From contig OX597816.1 in assembly GCA_951406725.2 (NCBI GenBank), positions 15,066,001 through 15,130,000 on the forward strand: 64,000 nucleotides of DNA, in the 5' to 3' direction. This DNA is from Octopus vulgaris. Its lineage: Eukaryota. The notes under the pieces are model-generated. The model worked only from the letters and a program-made list of their open reading frames with translations, had not been told where the DNA came from and made no database searches. The first letter of the stretch is position 1, and each line of letters opens with the position of its first letter. Below, piece by piece: positions 12,186-26,495 of the stretch. The position numbers and the translations under genes are program-made.

Positions 12186-12423
12186 CTCTTTTACTCTTTT
12201 ACTTGTTTTAGTCTTTTGACTGTGGCCATGCTAGAGCATCACCTTTAGTCGAGCAAATCGACCCCAGGACTTATGCTTTATAAGCCTAGTACTTATTCTA
12301 TCGGTCACTTTTGCCGAACCGCTAAGTTACGGGGATGTAAACACACCAGCATCGGTTGTCAAGCAATGTTGGGGGGACAAACACAGACACACAAACATAT
12401 ACACACACACACACACATATGTA

Positions 12424-12508
<85 letters not shown>

Positions 12509-12960
12509 TGGCCGTCCACTCGTGACTGACGAAGACCATTGCCAACCTTCAGGAACATTGTGCGCTCTAGGACTAACTTATATTTTGCATTTGCAGTTCC
12601 ATTGGTGGCTAATGAGCCCTGCTCTTGACAAGCATACACATCTGCAAACATTGCAGACCAAGCTTTCCCCATTCACTATACAAGCCGTGCGCTTTCGCGC
12701 AGCTCGCTTAAGTTCTTCATGCTGGATACGTGCTCTCTCAAAAGTGTCAATCCCCTCCTTAACCTGCTTCCTCCATCTATTCTTCCACATACATATATGC
12801 GATGGGCTTCTTTCAGTTTCCGTCTTCCAAATCCACTCACAAGGCTTTGGTCGGCCCGAGGCTATAGTCGAAGACACTTGCCCAAGGTGCCACACAGTGG
12901 GACTGAACAGGGAACCATGTAGTTCGTAAGCAAGCTACTTACCACACAGTCACTCCTATG
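12186..12960 (-). mobile_element. SINE family A with nested RTE fragment
   Basis: Head at ~12955, tail at ~12190; internal (TA)n interrupted at 12506-12790. Confidence 0.85.
12506..12790 (-). pseudogene. RTE-type LINE 3' end
   Basis: ORF 12578-12895(-): WRKQVKEGIDTFERARIQHEELKRAARK...CNVCRCVCLSRAGLISHQWNC, then a short 3'UTR. Confidence 0.75.
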
Positions 12961-13459
12961 CCTATGGCGTAATTTAATGTTAAATTATATTGTTTACATT
13001 TATGTCAACCTATTTTTGTGAGTCAGGATTTTGAACTTTTCAAAATGAAAGTGAAACCATGAAGTAAATTACAATTTGAAAATAAATAAGCAGTGTTATA
13101 TCCTTTAAAGCTCTCGTCCTCATATCCAAGAATTGGCCAAGGAAAAATAAATGTCTTAGGTTAATTGCTTCAGTAAGTTTTGTCTGTCACACAATTATTT
13201 ATGAATATAAAAGAAGTTTGAAAATGCATGGACATTTTTTTATCGCTATGAAATTTGTAAAAATTCCGTTAGGAAAATAGTCAAAACTGAATGCATACAT
13301 AATGTTGACATGGAAAGATGGGTTGGGGTGGTTGTGGTTGTGGGGGGGAATAAATAAAAAAGAATGGAAAAAATTTCCAATATTATGGTCATGTTATTTG
13401 GAATGTACCTTTTAACTTAGGCTCATTTGAAAAGTGAGGTGAGGGTGTCGTTCTGAAAG

Positions 13460-14070
13460 ATGGTGGAAGAGAGGGGATGGAAGAGGAGGAGGGAGATGAA
13501 GAAGAAGAAGAAGGGGAGGAGGAAGAGGTGGAAAAGAAATAGGAGGAGGAGGAGGAGGGGAAGACAAGAAGAAGAAGGAGGAAAAGAAATAGAAGGCAGG
13601 GAAGGAGGACAAGAAGAAGAAGGAGGGGAGGAGGAGGATATGGAAAATAATTAGGAAGAGGTGGAGGAGGACAAGAAGAAGGAGGAAAAGAAATAGGAGG
13701 AGGAGGAGAAGGACAAGAGGAAGAAGGAGGCGAAGGAAGAGGAGAAAAAGAAAATAAGAACAATGAGAACAGTAAGAACAACAATGATGACTTGTTTCTC
13801 CAGTGTCCAGTTGATAAATCTCTCACTGTCCATGTGCTTTCAATGTGATGTCACCACCACCACCACCACCATCACCACCACCACCATCGCCACCACCACC
13901 ATCGCCACTACCACCATCGCCGCCATCGCCGCCATCGCCACCATCACTACTACATCACAGCCACCACTATTATCAACAACAGCAACAGTATCATTCCCCA
14001 CCATCGTCACCACCACCACCACCACCATGACCACCACGACCACGACCATCGCCACCACCATCGCCACCAC
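13460..14070. repeat. Purine-rich (GAA/GGA)n tract and (CAC)n tract
   Basis: Directly visible at 13460-13760 and 13850-14070. Confidence 0.9.
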
Positions 14071-14342
14071 CTACATTCAAAGCCATACAAATCAGCTGTT
14101 AGAGAGATATTGATTTGCTTTTAAGTGATTCAAAGAAAACTGGTCGGCAGATAATTAGCTTGTCTTATGTCCATTACAAATTAGTAAAAAGGGTCATCGA
14201 ACTATCGGTCACCGGTTCCGCCTAAGTGTTTAAAAAGATATCGACTTCGGAGATTAGATATTAGCCATGTCTCTTGACCAATTATTAAGAACTGTTGTCA
14301 ATTATGTTTTCTATCAATTAAGAATCGTGGCGTTCGTTATTT

Positions 14343-14615
14343 ATTTTCAAATCAATTTAGTTATTGTTTGTTCTAGATTAGTTCTAACAGAGGAGATCAA
14401 TGGTCAGAGGCGTTCCCATTATGACCATCTTGTAATTTTCTCAGCAAATTATGACCTACTGAGGAAAATTTCCAATATGAGTGTATTGTCTTTAGTATAT
14501 CATAATTTCCCAAGAAAATGACGTGATGGCCATAACAGGAACGTCTCTGATCGTTGATCTGCTGTAGTATCAGAGCTGATCTAGAACAAACAACAGCAAC
14601 TAAATTGATCTGAAA
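14343..14615. mobile_element. Diverged palindromic MITE-like element
   Basis: tttcaaatcaatttagtt...ttctagat mirrored by atctagaac...aactaaattgatctgaaa; ORFs 14267(+) and 14397(-) give similar translations. Confidence 0.65.
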
Positions 14616-15814
14616 GGAAATAATGATTGCATCTGTGTTTTCTCTTTCAGTAAAAAGACTGTTGATTGATAGAAGAATAATGAGGTAATTCGAAAATGAA
14701 GCAGAGTAAAGAATGTGATTATAGGATTCCAAAAGCACAAGTTCCACAGGGCCATACATACCACGAGGCTCACAGAAAACAGACGGAACCCAAGAGATCA
14801 GAAAGGGTCACTTTGAAGGCTTCCAAAACAATAGGAAGTCGATTTAGTTAAGCCGTTTGGGTTAAGATGGGAAATATAAATGGAAACATATTATGACCAG
14901 TAGTATATATGTTTCTTTATTACCCACAAGAGGAGTGGCTGTGTGGTAAGTAGCTTGCTAACCAACCACATGGTTCAGGGTTCAGTCCCACTGCGTGGCA
15001 TCTTGGGCAAGTGTCTTCTGCTATAGCCCCGGGCCGACCAATGCCTTGTGAGTGGATTTGGTAGATGGAAAACTGAAAGAAGCCTGTCGTATATATGTAT
15101 ATATATATATAATATTAATTAGAGACAAAACCACTATTTTGCAAAACAAACAAGGAAAGACTTAATCAATACATAAAATTTTAATATGTTTATTTATCTG
15201 TATGGGTGTGGGAGTGAATTTTGGTGTATATATTGAGGTTTATATGTATGTATAGGTATGTGTGAGTGGTGTGGGTATTTGTATATGTTGTGTGTGTGTG
15301 GTTTACGTGTGTGTATTTGTGTGTGAATGTATAGGTTAGGGGGATTGCTATATAGGTATGTTATAGTGTTTAGTAAAGGGAGGTTTTATCATTATATGTA
15401 TTTATGAGTTTTCGTTTATCATGGTAGTTTTATTAAATAATTTGTAGTAATTTCTGTATATTTAAGATGTTTGATATTTTATTACATTATTCCATTCATA
15501 ATTTTTAAGTAATGTTCGTTTACCACGCGCAAAGGATTTTTAATTCCATATATTCCATTCATAATTTTAAATGACGTTCGTTTACATAGCGCGAAGACTT
15601 TTTATACATATGTTAGGTTCCTATGGTAACGTACTTTTGTTTGACGTTATAATGGCTAGAGTTTAATTTCACTTCATAAATTGAAACTGATTTGAAAGTA
15701 TGTATATATTTTTTTCTCCTTATGTTAATCTTGTTACTTATGATATTCTGGTTAATTATGGAGTATTTTCTATATCGTATTATGTGTAGTAATGTTGTTT
15801 TTATTTTGAGTGTT

Positions 15815-16497
15815 TCTGGCACCTGTGTCGGTGGCACATAAAGACACCATCCGAAGACCCGGCGACGTAGACAGTCCACCTGTGCATACCTTCCTTCTTG
15901 TGACACTTGTGAAGACCTGTTGAGGCAAGTGAAAATCAAATCAAATCAAATCAAAATAGATGAACATAAATGGAATTTGTATCTTTGTGGTACCAGTGCC
16001 GGTGGCACACAAGAAAATCATCCGAACGTGGCCGTAGCCAGTACCGCATAGACTGGCCTCCGTGCTTTGGGGACGTAACAAACACCATCCGATCGTGGCC
16101 GTCCGCCAGCCTCATCTGGCACCTGTGTCGGTGGCACATAAAAACACCATCCGAGCGTGGCCGTCTGCCAGCCTCGTCTGGCACCTGTGTCGGTGGCACA
16201 TAAAAACACCATCCGTGTCTGCCAGCCTCGTCTGGCACCTGTGTCGGTGGCACATAAAAACACCATCCGAGCGTGGCCGTTCGCCAGCCTCGTCTGGCAC
16301 CTGTGTCGGTGGCACATAAAATCACCCACTACACTCTCGGAGTGGTTGGCGTTAGGAAGGGCATCCAGCTGTAGAAACACTGCCAGATCTGACTGGCCTG
16401 GTGCAGCCTTCGGGCTCCCCAGACCCCAGTTGAACGTCCAACCCATGCTAGCATGGAAAACGGACGCTAAATGATGATGATGATGATGATGATGATG
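15815..16497 (+). mobile_element. Retroposon family C with expanded internal tandem unit
   Basis: About four consecutive units ctggcacctgtgtcggtggcacataaaaacaccatccgagcgtggccg at 16085-16320; (ATG)n tail. Confidence 0.85.
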
Positions 16498-17400
16498 TAT
16501 GTGTGAATGTGTGTGTGTGTGCGTATTTTGGTTGTGTAATTTATTTATCTGTATGAGTGTGGGTGTGAACATATTGTTGTATATATCGAGTTTAGTACGT
16601 ATGTATATGTATATGTGAGGGGGTATAAGTTGTGTGTGTGTGTTTTACGTATGTGTATTTGTGTGTGAATGTATATATGGAGATTGATATATAGGTATTA
16701 TTGTGTATAGTTAAAGGGAGTTTTATCATTATATGTATATATGGGTTTCATTTATCATGATGGTTTATTAATGATTTGGAGTAAATTTACGTTGATTATA
16801 TATTATTCCATTCATAATTTTTAAAAATACGTTCGATCACCACGTGTAAAGAATTGTTTATTTTTCTTTTGAGTGTTTATGTATGTGTGAATGTGTGTGT
16901 GTGTGTGTGTGATTGTTTGCGTAATTTATTTATCTGTATAGATGTGGGTGTGAATATATTGGAGTATATATCGAGTTCTGTATGTATGTATATGTATGTG
17001 TGAGCGGGTATATGTATATTGTTTATGTATGTGGGTTGTATGTGTGTGTGAGGGAGTATGAATAAGTAATGTGTTGAAGTATTTGGCTATTTTATTTATT
17101 TATCGTTGCCTAGACGTTTTTATGTGTATGTATAGGGATATATATATAGGTGTGTGAGTTAGTGTATGTATTTAGATATGGTTATATATACTTAGTTATA
17201 AGTGTATGCGTATGTGTGTATATATAGTTTATTTTTATTTTGTTTTATATTTAATTGTTGATAGGGTTTATTTTAGATTATATATTGATTATATATGGAT
17301 TATATATAGGTTATATATAGATTATATATTTATATTTTTTTATTATTTTAAAATTATTTTAAACTTATATTTTAATATATTGATATTTTAGATCGGAAAT

Positions 17401-17444
17401 CCACCTGAAGATTGTCATTAGAAGACATGAAACAATTGTAGTGG
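17401..17444 (+). ncRNA. Minimal type-I hammerhead ribozyme motif
   Basis: ccac-CTGAAGA-t-TGTC attagaa GACA-t-GAAAC-AATT-GTA-gtgg: intact CUGANGA/GAAA core, stem I ccac/gtgg, palindromic stem III. Confidence 0.75.
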
Positions 17445-18224
17445 CGGTTTTTTTACTTTTTATTAAAATTTTATGTATTGATTAAGTCTTTCCTTGTTTG
17501 TTTTGCAAAATAGTGGTTTTGTTTCTAATTAATATTATATAATATTTTACTATAAAATTGGATTTAATCCTAAATCTGATTTTTTCCCTGTAAATTTGGA
17601 TTTCATCATCATCATCATCATCGTCGTTTAACGTCCGTTCTCCATGCTAGCATGGGTTGGACGGTTCGACCGGGGTTCTGGGAAGCCAGAAGGCTGCACC
17701 AGGCTCCAGTCTAAATTTGGCAATGTTTCTACAGCTGGATGCCCTTCCTAACGCCAACCACTCCGTGAGTGTAGTGGGTGCTTTTTACGTGCCACCTGCA
17801 CAGGTGCCAGGCGGGGCTGGCAACGGCCACGGTCAGATTGGTGTATTTTATGTGCCACCGGCACGGAAGCCAGTCGAGGCGGTGCTGGCATCGGCCACGA
17901 GTCGGATAGTGCTTTTTATGTACCACCAGACCAGGGATCCTGGCTGGTTCAATTCGATTTCGATTTATTCCCTAATATTTATTATTATTGTATATATATA
18001 TATATATGTGTGTATGTGTGTGTGTTTGTCCCCCTAGCATTGCTTAACAACCGGTACTGGTGTGTTTACGTCCGCGTCACTTAGCGGTTTGGCAAAAGAG
18101 ACTATTAGAATAAGTACTTGGCTTACAAAGAATAAGTCCCGGGGTCGATTTGCTCGACTAAATGCGATGCTCCAGCATGGCCGCAGTCAAATGACTGAAA
18201 CAAGTAAAAAAGTAAAGAGTAAGA

Positions 18225-18437
18225 GGCTAAACATAGAGGGAACAAACAAGGACAGACAAACGAATTAAGTCGATTACATCGACCCCAGTGCATAACTGGT
18301 ACTTAATTTATCGACCTACAAAAGGATGAAAGGCAAAGTCGACCTTGGCGGAATTTGAACTTAGAACGTAACGGCAGACAAAATACGGCTACGCATTTCA
18401 CCCAGCGTGCTAACGGTTCTGCCAGCTCGCCGCCTTA
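18225..18437 (-). mobile_element. SINE family B
   Basis: Reverse complement of 23031-23262. Confidence 0.85.
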
Positions 18438-18599
18438 TGACCAGCAGTATATAACAGCATCTGAGGGTTTACATTCTTTTCAAGATGATAGGATGTAAAT
18501 TTAGGGGGATTTGCCAGTTATTTGGTTACTAGCGCTAGTCAAGTGAATACATAAAGCCATTCAGATTTTCAGTTATATTCCTGTATTTCACACTTGCAC

Positions 18600-19268
18600 A
18601 CAACACCATCCGAGCGTGACCGTTGCCAGAGCAATAAACTGGCTTCCATGCCAGTGGCACATAAAAAGCACCATTTGAGCGTGATTGGTACCTGTGTCAC
18701 CTTACTGGCACTTGTGCTGGTGGCACATGAAAAAACATTCAAGCGAGGTCATTGCCAGTGCCACTGAACTGGCTCCTGTGCAGGTGGCGCATAAAAAGCA
18801 CCATTTGAGCATGATTAATACCTGCGTCGCCTTACTGGCATGTGAAAAAACATTCGAGCGAGGTCATTGCCAGTGCTGCTCGACTGGCTCCTGTGCAGGT
18901 GACACATAAAAGGCACCATTTGGGCATGATTAAAACCTGCGTCGCCTTACTGGCATGTGAAAAAACATTCGAGCGAGGTCATTGCCAGTGTCACTAGCCT
19001 GGCTCCGGTGCAGGTGACACATAAAAAGCACCATTTGAGCATGGCCGTTGCCACTACTGCTTGACTGGCCCTCATGCTGGTGGCACATAAAAGCACCCAC
19101 TACACTCTCAGAGTGGTTGGTGTTAGGAAGGGCATCCAGCTGTAGAAACTCTGCCAGATCAAGATTGAAGCCTGGTGCAGCCATCTGGTTCAATAGACCT
19201 CAGTCAAATCGTCCAACCCATGCTAGCATGGAAAGCAGACGTTAAATGATGATGATAATGATGATGAT
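18600..19268 (+). mobile_element. Retroposon family C with about 8 internal tandem units
   Basis: Repeated gtg(c)..gtggcacataaaaagcaccatttgagc; (ATG)n tail. Confidence 0.85.
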
Positions 19269-20213
19269 GTTTGTGTGATGAGATGCACTATGTATGTTAC
19301 GAAGCTTTCTTCATTGTGTTATGGTCTGTTTAACCTGATCTGAATGTAATTAAGAATGTTAGGTGGCCTGTGTTGTGGTATAAAAATCTTCACTGAATTA
19401 CTACTAAGTGCATACTATATACGGAGATACAAATCCATGAAGGTAGTTTTAATTTTATAAAGGAGTTTTTTAAGCCCTTAATGTTGTAGAACTCCAAAAA
19501 TAATTGTGTCTATATGGTTTATCTTTTTACTTATGTTCATGTGTGTGAAAGAAAGATTTAAATGCATTCTGTGTAAATCCATGGTAGTTGGATGGGAGGT
19601 AATGTTACATTGATTATGCATAATTGTGGTTACCCCACGGAGCAGAGGAGATAGCAAAATTATGAATAGTTATAGTAAATAGCAACTCTGCAGATGGGAA
19701 AAATTTTCATGAAAAATTACTGAGAAAGAGAATATTTATAGACATCCACTTCAAAATCTACAATTTTTTTTTCTACGCAAATTACAAATTCAAATTTGTA
19801 ATAATAATTTATGCTTGTTTTGGTATGTTTTTAGGCAGAGAAAGTGACTATTTGATGTAAATAATTTGCAAATATAATTTGTAAACTGAGGAGCAAAAAT
19901 GTGCAAAACATTCTTCTAAAATTAAAAATATAATTTTTCACTGTTGCTATTTACATTCTGGCAAGTGAATTTTGTTTCTTTGCTCAAAACCAGCTTCTTT
20001 GTATTGGCAGGCATGGCTGTGTGGCTAAAAATGATCACTTTAAAACCACATGGTTTTGAGTTCAGTTCCATTGCAAGGCATCTACAATAACACTGGGTTT
20101 ACCAATGTGTTATGAATGAATTTGGTTGACTGAAATTGTATAGACTGTCACTCACCCACCATACACAACTGCATACATACATGCATGCATACATACATCC
20201 ACTCACACACATA

Positions 20214-20264
<51 letters not shown>

Positions 20265-21269
20265 TATCATCATCATCGTTTAATGTTCGTTTTCCATGCT
20301 AGCATGGGTTGGACGGTTCGACCAGGGTCTGGGAAGCCAGGAGGCTGCACCAGGCTCCAGTCTGATGTGGCAGTGTTTCTACAGCTGGATGCCCTTCCTA
20401 ACGCCAACCACTCTGTGAGTGTAGTGGGTGCTTTTTACGTGCCACCGGCACAGGTGCCAGGGGAGGCTGGCAACGACCACGATCGGTTGGTTACTTTTAC
20501 GTGCCACTGGCACGGAAGCTAGTCAAGGTGGTGCTGGCATCGGCCACGTACAGATGGTGCTTTTTAGGTGCCTTCAGCACAGGTGCCAGGGTAGGCTGGC
20601 AACAGCTAGGGATAGTTGGTGCTTTTTACGTGCCACCGGCACGGAAGCCAGTCAAGGCAGCACTGGCATCAGCCACGTACAAATGGTGCTTTTTACTTGC
20701 CACCAGCACAGGTGCCAGGGAAGGCTGGCATGTATGTATATACACACATACATATATATGCTTTATTTGATGACATATTAAATGCATGGGATTATTAGAT
20801 GGTCCCCTATTTTAATAGAGTATATTCAGGAAAAATATTTTTAGTGTATTAAAACATGTAATGCCTTTCATCCCTTCAGGATAAAACAAAACCAAAAAAC
20901 AGTTGAGTGCTGGGGTCAATTTAACCAACTTACACCCTCCTCCAAAATTGCTGGCCTTGTACCAAAATTTGAAACAAATATTTAAATTAACTAGCGCAGT
21001 GAGCTGACAGAATCATTAGCATGCTGGGTGAAATGCTTAGCGACAGTTTTATCCATCTTCAGGTACTGAGTTCAAATTCCACTGATGTTGACTTTACCTC
21101 TCATCATTCTGGGGTCGATAAAATAAGTACCATTTGAGAACTGGGATTGATTTAATCGGCTAACACCCTCTTCCGAAACTGCTGACCTTGTGTCAAAAGT
21201 TGAAGACAATATTTAAAGTGATTTGCATATAGGACTTAGTGGTGATTTTTTTTGAGGCATTGTTTGGAA

Positions 21270-22068
21270 ATGCATACATACATACATACATACATACATA
21301 CATACATACATACAAATCTGCACATACACATACATACATACATACAAATCTGCACATACACATACATACATACAAATCTGCACATACACATACATACATA
21401 CATACATACATACATACATACATACATACATACATACATACACACATACATACATACACACATACATATACATATACATATGCACATTCATGCTTACACG
21501 CATACACATAGATACATGTCTATACATACAACCATACACATACATATACATGTATATGTATACACATATGTATGCACACATAATACACACATACATACAT
21601 ACATACATACATACATACATACTAGGACATACATACTTATGCATATATACTTGCACACACATATTACAAACAAGCATACATACACAAATGCTCGCAGACA
21701 TACACAAAGATACATACATGCATACATATGTACATACACATACATACACACATATACAGATATACATACATGTCTACATACATACACACATACATACACA
21801 CATACAAGCCTACATACATACATACATACATACACATACATACATACATACATATACAGATATACAAACATGCCTACATACATGCATATATACATACATA
21901 CATACATGCATACATACCTACATACACACATACATACATACATACATACATACACACATACATACATACATACATACATACATACATACATACATACATA
22001 CATACATACATACATACATACATACATACATACATACATACATACATACATACATACATACATACATA
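21270..22068. repeat. (CATA)n microsatellite array
   Basis: Directly visible; source of the HTYI/MYVC ORFs. Confidence 0.95.
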
Positions 22069-22611
22069 AATGGTAACAGCTGATATTTACTGCTGTTAGT
22101 CTTGTCAATGAATCCTTTGTCAACTCAGCAGCGGAAATGCCAAGCTTGGATCAACAAAGAAGAGAAAAATAGATGTTACCCACCAGCCTTTTTTTGTCAA
22201 TGACCTAGTACTAATACCCAGGGGCGCCCACTGCTTAAAAACAAATAGTAAAGTTAGTGGTGCCATATTTATTGCAGCAGACCAAGAAATTTTATTTAAT
22301 GAAAATTTACACTCATAATAATGAAAAAAATTAAATATTTTTAATTACTTTTAATGATTAATTCTGGTGAATTTAAATTAAAAGCCTGGATATGATGGGA
22401 TTTTTTAAAAATGAACAAAATATACTGATATGTAACCCCTAAATTTAATGAATTGGAAGAGGCGTGGCTGTGCAGTAAGAAGATTTCTTCCCAACCACAT
22501 GGTTCTGGGTTCAGTCCCACTGCATGGCACCTTGGGCAAGTGTCTTCTACTATATCCTTAGGCCAACCAAAGCCTTGTAAGTGAATTTGGTTGACGGAAA
22601 CTGAAAGAAGC

Positions 22612-22673
<62 letters not shown>

Positions 22674-23030
22674 ATAGATAGATAGATAGATAGATATAAA
22701 CATATATCATCATCATCATCATGGTTTAACATCTGTTTTCCATGCTGGCATAGGTTGGATGGTTCGATTGGTGTCTGGGAAGCCAGGAGGCTGCGCCAGG
22801 CTCCAGTCTGATCTGGCGGTGTTTCTACACCTGGATGCCCTTCCTAATGCCAACCACTCTGTGAGTGTAATTAGGAAGGGCATCCAGCCGTAGAAACACG
22901 ATGATGATGATGATGATGATGATGACGGTGATATATGTACAATGGGTTTCTTTCCGTTTCTGTCAACCAAATCCACTCACAAGGCTTTGGTTGGCTTATA
23001 TATATGTGTGTGCTTATATATATATATGCG

Positions 23031-23260
23031 AAGGCGGCGAGCTGGCAGAAACGTTAGCACGCCGGGCGAAATTCGTAGCCGTATTTCGTCTGTTGTTGCG
23101 TTCCGAGTTCAAATTCTGCCGAGGTCGACTTTGCCTTTCATCCTTTCGGGGTCGATAAATTAAGTACCAGTTACGCACTGGGGTCGATGTAATCGACTTA
23201 ATCCCTTTGTCTGTCCTTGTTTGTCCCCTCTGTGTTTAGCCCCTTGTGGGTAGTAAAGAA

Positions 23261-23262
<2 letters not shown>
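23031..23262 (+). mobile_element. SINE family B (tRNA-like head, Meta/MESC-like central domain)
   Basis: ggcggcgagctggcagaa...gagttcaaattc then gtcgactttgcctttcatcctttcggggtcgataaattaagtaccag; the domain name is from recall. Confidence 0.8.
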
Positions 23263-23294
<32 letters not shown>

Positions 23295-23606
23295 TTGTGC
23301 ATTTGTGTTTGCCTCCCTCCCACCGCCATCGCTTGACAACTGATGTTGGTGTGTTTCCATCCCTGTATCTTAGTGGTTTGGCAAAAGAGACCAACAGAAT
23401 AAGTACTAAGCTTACAAAGACTAAGTCTTGGGGTCGATTTGTTTAACTAAAAGTGGTGCTCCTGCATGGCCACTTACAAGAATAAAAGACTAAAAGAATA
23501 CTGTATACATTTGCAAAAGATTCCCTGAATTCTCCATTTGAGATACTTGGAAGGAACATATTCGCATTATCATATAAGTGCCTAGTACATACACATCTAT
23601 CTATCG

Positions 23607-23689
<83 letters not shown>

Positions 23690-23815
23690 CATCCATCCAT
23701 CCATCCATCCATCTATCTATCTATCTAAATATATATATGTGTGTGTGTGTGTGTTCGTGTGTGTGTGTATGTGTGTGTGTACATGTATATATGTATGCAG
23801 GAATATATATGTATG

Positions 23816-23859
<44 letters not shown>

Positions 23860-24006
23860 TATGTATATATATATATGTATGTGTGTATATATGTATGTGC
23901 ATATATATATGTGTATGTATGAATATATATGTATATATGTATGTATATATGCGTGTATGTATGTATATATGTATGTATATATATATATGTATGTATGGAT
24001 ATATGT

Positions 24007-24042
<36 letters not shown>

Positions 24043-24194
24043 GTACATGTCAATATCACCAGCCCCTTTCCACAGGCACATACATGCTCTCATATACACA
24101 CTCACACGCATCTTCGTTTTTGGATCATCACTACTTTATTATCTCCCCTTCGTTCTAGCTCTCCTGTGTGATCCCTCTGTCCGGCATTTGCCAC

Positions 24195-24380
24195 AATAGA
24201 TTGTTAGCCTCTAAACCATTTTCATTTTATCTCCCAGTTTATTTTTGTGTTCCTTTCTGTCAAAGAGCATAGGCTCGAAACGTAAAAGAATTCCTCACTT
24301 CCCGAGTATTAAATTAATATATCAGGTTTTTGTTTACAGACCCGTCTTTGTCTTTTGTTATTTTGTAAATTTTCACTATA
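24195..24380 (+). mobile_element. HH1 family copy
   Basis: Motif 24253-24288 ctttCTGTCAAaGAGCatagGCTCGAAACGTAaaag. Confidence 0.7.
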
Positions 24381-24721
24381 TATAAGTATATATATATTAT
24401 ATAAAGGTTTAATGAAAGTGCCACACACTATAAATTCTCACTATATATATATATGTATGTATAAAGGTTTAGTGAAAGCCCCACACACTAGAAAAAACTT
24501 CTTCCCCAAAAATCTTGGTAACATCCTCATAAAAATAACTTTTTCAAAAATCACACTTACACTTCAAAAACTGTATCAAGTAATCCTCATAGACTTTCAT
24601 TCAAATGTATTTGTGTGTATATGTATACAGATATATGTGTGCGTGTGTGTGTGTGTGTGTGTGTGAAATACGTGTGTGCGTGTGTGTATATGTATAGTAT
24701 ATATATACATCTATATGTATG

Positions 24722-24764
<43 letters not shown>

Positions 24765-24769
24765 CTCAG

Positions 24770-25206
24770 TGACGATAACGAATGTCTTTATTTCTTAGGA
24801 ACCTACACCAACCCTTCCTTACTCAGTGACGATAAATGCTGTGACTACAAAGACCCGGGCTGCTTTCTGCAGCAATTCCACATACCCCCTACCCATTCTA
24901 AGTACCCTGGATCCCCAAAGTACCCTGGATCCCCAAAGTACCCCGGACCTCGTTGCCTCCGTGCCGCTGACACGTTAAAATGCTCGAACCGATCGTGACG
25001 ATGCCGGACCCTCCGGCCCCTGTGCAGGTGGCACGTAAAAAGCACCCAATCCACTCACGGAGTGGTTGGCGTTAGGAAGGGCATCCAGCCGTAGAAACTC
25101 TGCCAGATTCAGACTGGAGCCTGGTGCGGCCCCTGGCTTCCCAGACCCGGTCAAACCGTCCAACCCGTGCTAGCGCGGAAAGCGGACGTTAAACGATGAT
25201 GATGAT
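24770..25206 (+). mobile_element. CpG-rich family C subfamily
   Basis: Retains CpGs; short tandem aagtaccctggatcccc; same subfamily at 63815-64000(-). Confidence 0.75.
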
Positions 25207-25479
25207 ATATATATATATATATATAGATAGATAGATAGATAGATATAGATATATATATATGCGTGTGCATGTGTGTGTGTGTATAGCACCTTGATACAGA
25301 TTGAAATAATCACACACATCCACATGCATATACACATATGCACATATATACACGCAAATACGCATGAAATAACAACTTACATTGTTGTATATACAAATAC
25401 CCTGTCACATATAAACATACATTTACACATTCACAAAACACCCTGAAACTTGGTTCAAACAAAGAAACCTTGTCTTGAT

Positions 25480-25870
25480 CATAGTGACTGGTTTCCGTGA
25501 AGGATAATTTACATAAACCTCAAGAAAGGCATTTGTACTTACGAATATACATAAATAAATACATGCTTATGTGCATACATTTATACCAATGATAATCGTT
25601 GCTCTTGATTTTGTAAGGAATTACTTAGTGACAATCTAGAAAAACAGGGGTTTTCAAAAAACAAGGTATCAACTATCTGACATGTAGATTACGAATACAA
25701 TTTGTAAGCAGAACAGTAAACATATTCAAGACTTTTCTCAAGTTTAGAATGTGACATTGTTTTTCTTATCTATATCCTAATGATAGGGTTTCGTATCTTT
25801 GTTAGAAACAAGTTCCTTCCTGACAGGCAAACTTCAAATAATTAAAAACAGAAGAGAACAAACAGAAATG
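25480..25870 (+). pseudogene. RLE-type LINE C-terminus and 3'UTR
   Basis: FIPMIIVALDFV...LRIQFVSRTVNIFKTFLKFRM*; followed by a (CATA)-like tract. Confidence 0.6.
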
Positions 25871-26269
25871 CACATGTACATATGTACGTACACACATACA
25901 TACACTCATACATACATACATACATACATATACACACATAAAGACATATGTACATACACGCACATACGTACATATCTACATACATACATACATAAATACC
26001 CTGCCCATATACACACATGCAAAAATACCCTGTTGTTGATGTTGAAATTCCAACGAAGAAGACTTAGATCTAGGTTAGAAACCGGCTCTTTCTCTATTGG
26101 CAAGAAATCTTGAAATAAAACTGAACAATGACATACATACATACATACATACATACATACATACATACATACATACATAAATACATACATACACACACAC
26201 ATACATACATACATACATACATACATACATACATACATACATACATACATACATACATCATCTATAGAA

Positions 26270-26495
26270 ACTTCGAATTTATGCAGAACTTACAGCGCTT
26301 TTCCTCTGACTATAAATTCTCATTTGTACCTACCATCATAGGTACATTAGGTTATGTCCCTACAAATTTCTAGAAAAATCTAGGAATACTTGGTCTTTCA
26401 AATAAAGAGCAAAAGAAACTGACACAAATTCTCCAAATCCAATCTAATAGCTGCACAGTGAAGGTTTGTAAGACATTCCAAAAATTCTTCATCTG
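26270..26495 (+). pseudogene. RLE-type LINE C-terminus
   Basis: QNLQR..SDYKFSFVPTIIGTLGYVPTNF*KNLGILGLS...LQIQS...TVKVCKTFQKF. Confidence 0.65.

Larger units (their letters stand above)
15107..17990 (+). mobile_element. Non-autonomous Penelope-like element: 80-bp terminal inverted duplication, TG-rich internal repeats, hammerhead, 3' tail
   Basis: 15107-15186 is the reverse complement of 17461-17540 (one mismatch seen); hammerhead 17401-17444; TG-rich units at ~15190, ~16500, ~16880; family C copies nested. Confidence 0.7.
14932..18220 (+). mobile_element. SINE family A split by a ~2.9-kb nested insertion
   Basis: Head 14932-15100 and body 18000-18220 are collinear with intact copies. Confidence 0.8.

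Noticed and set aside
16085-16320. CRISPR-like repeats with a palindromic core
   Set aside because: Intervening sequences are also repeated, there are no cas genes, and the context is a eukaryotic retroposon
21193-22123. Long ORFs (up to 289 aa) rich in [12 protein letters not shown], here and at 23578, 36769, 44782, 52200
   Set aside because: Stop-free translations of (CATA)n/(TA)n microsatellites, not genes
26047-26090. ccaacgaag...gaaaccggctc motif (also ~37590, ~25778), hammerhead-like
   Set aside because: Core deviates at several invariant positions and stem I is absent; treated as LINE 3'UTR
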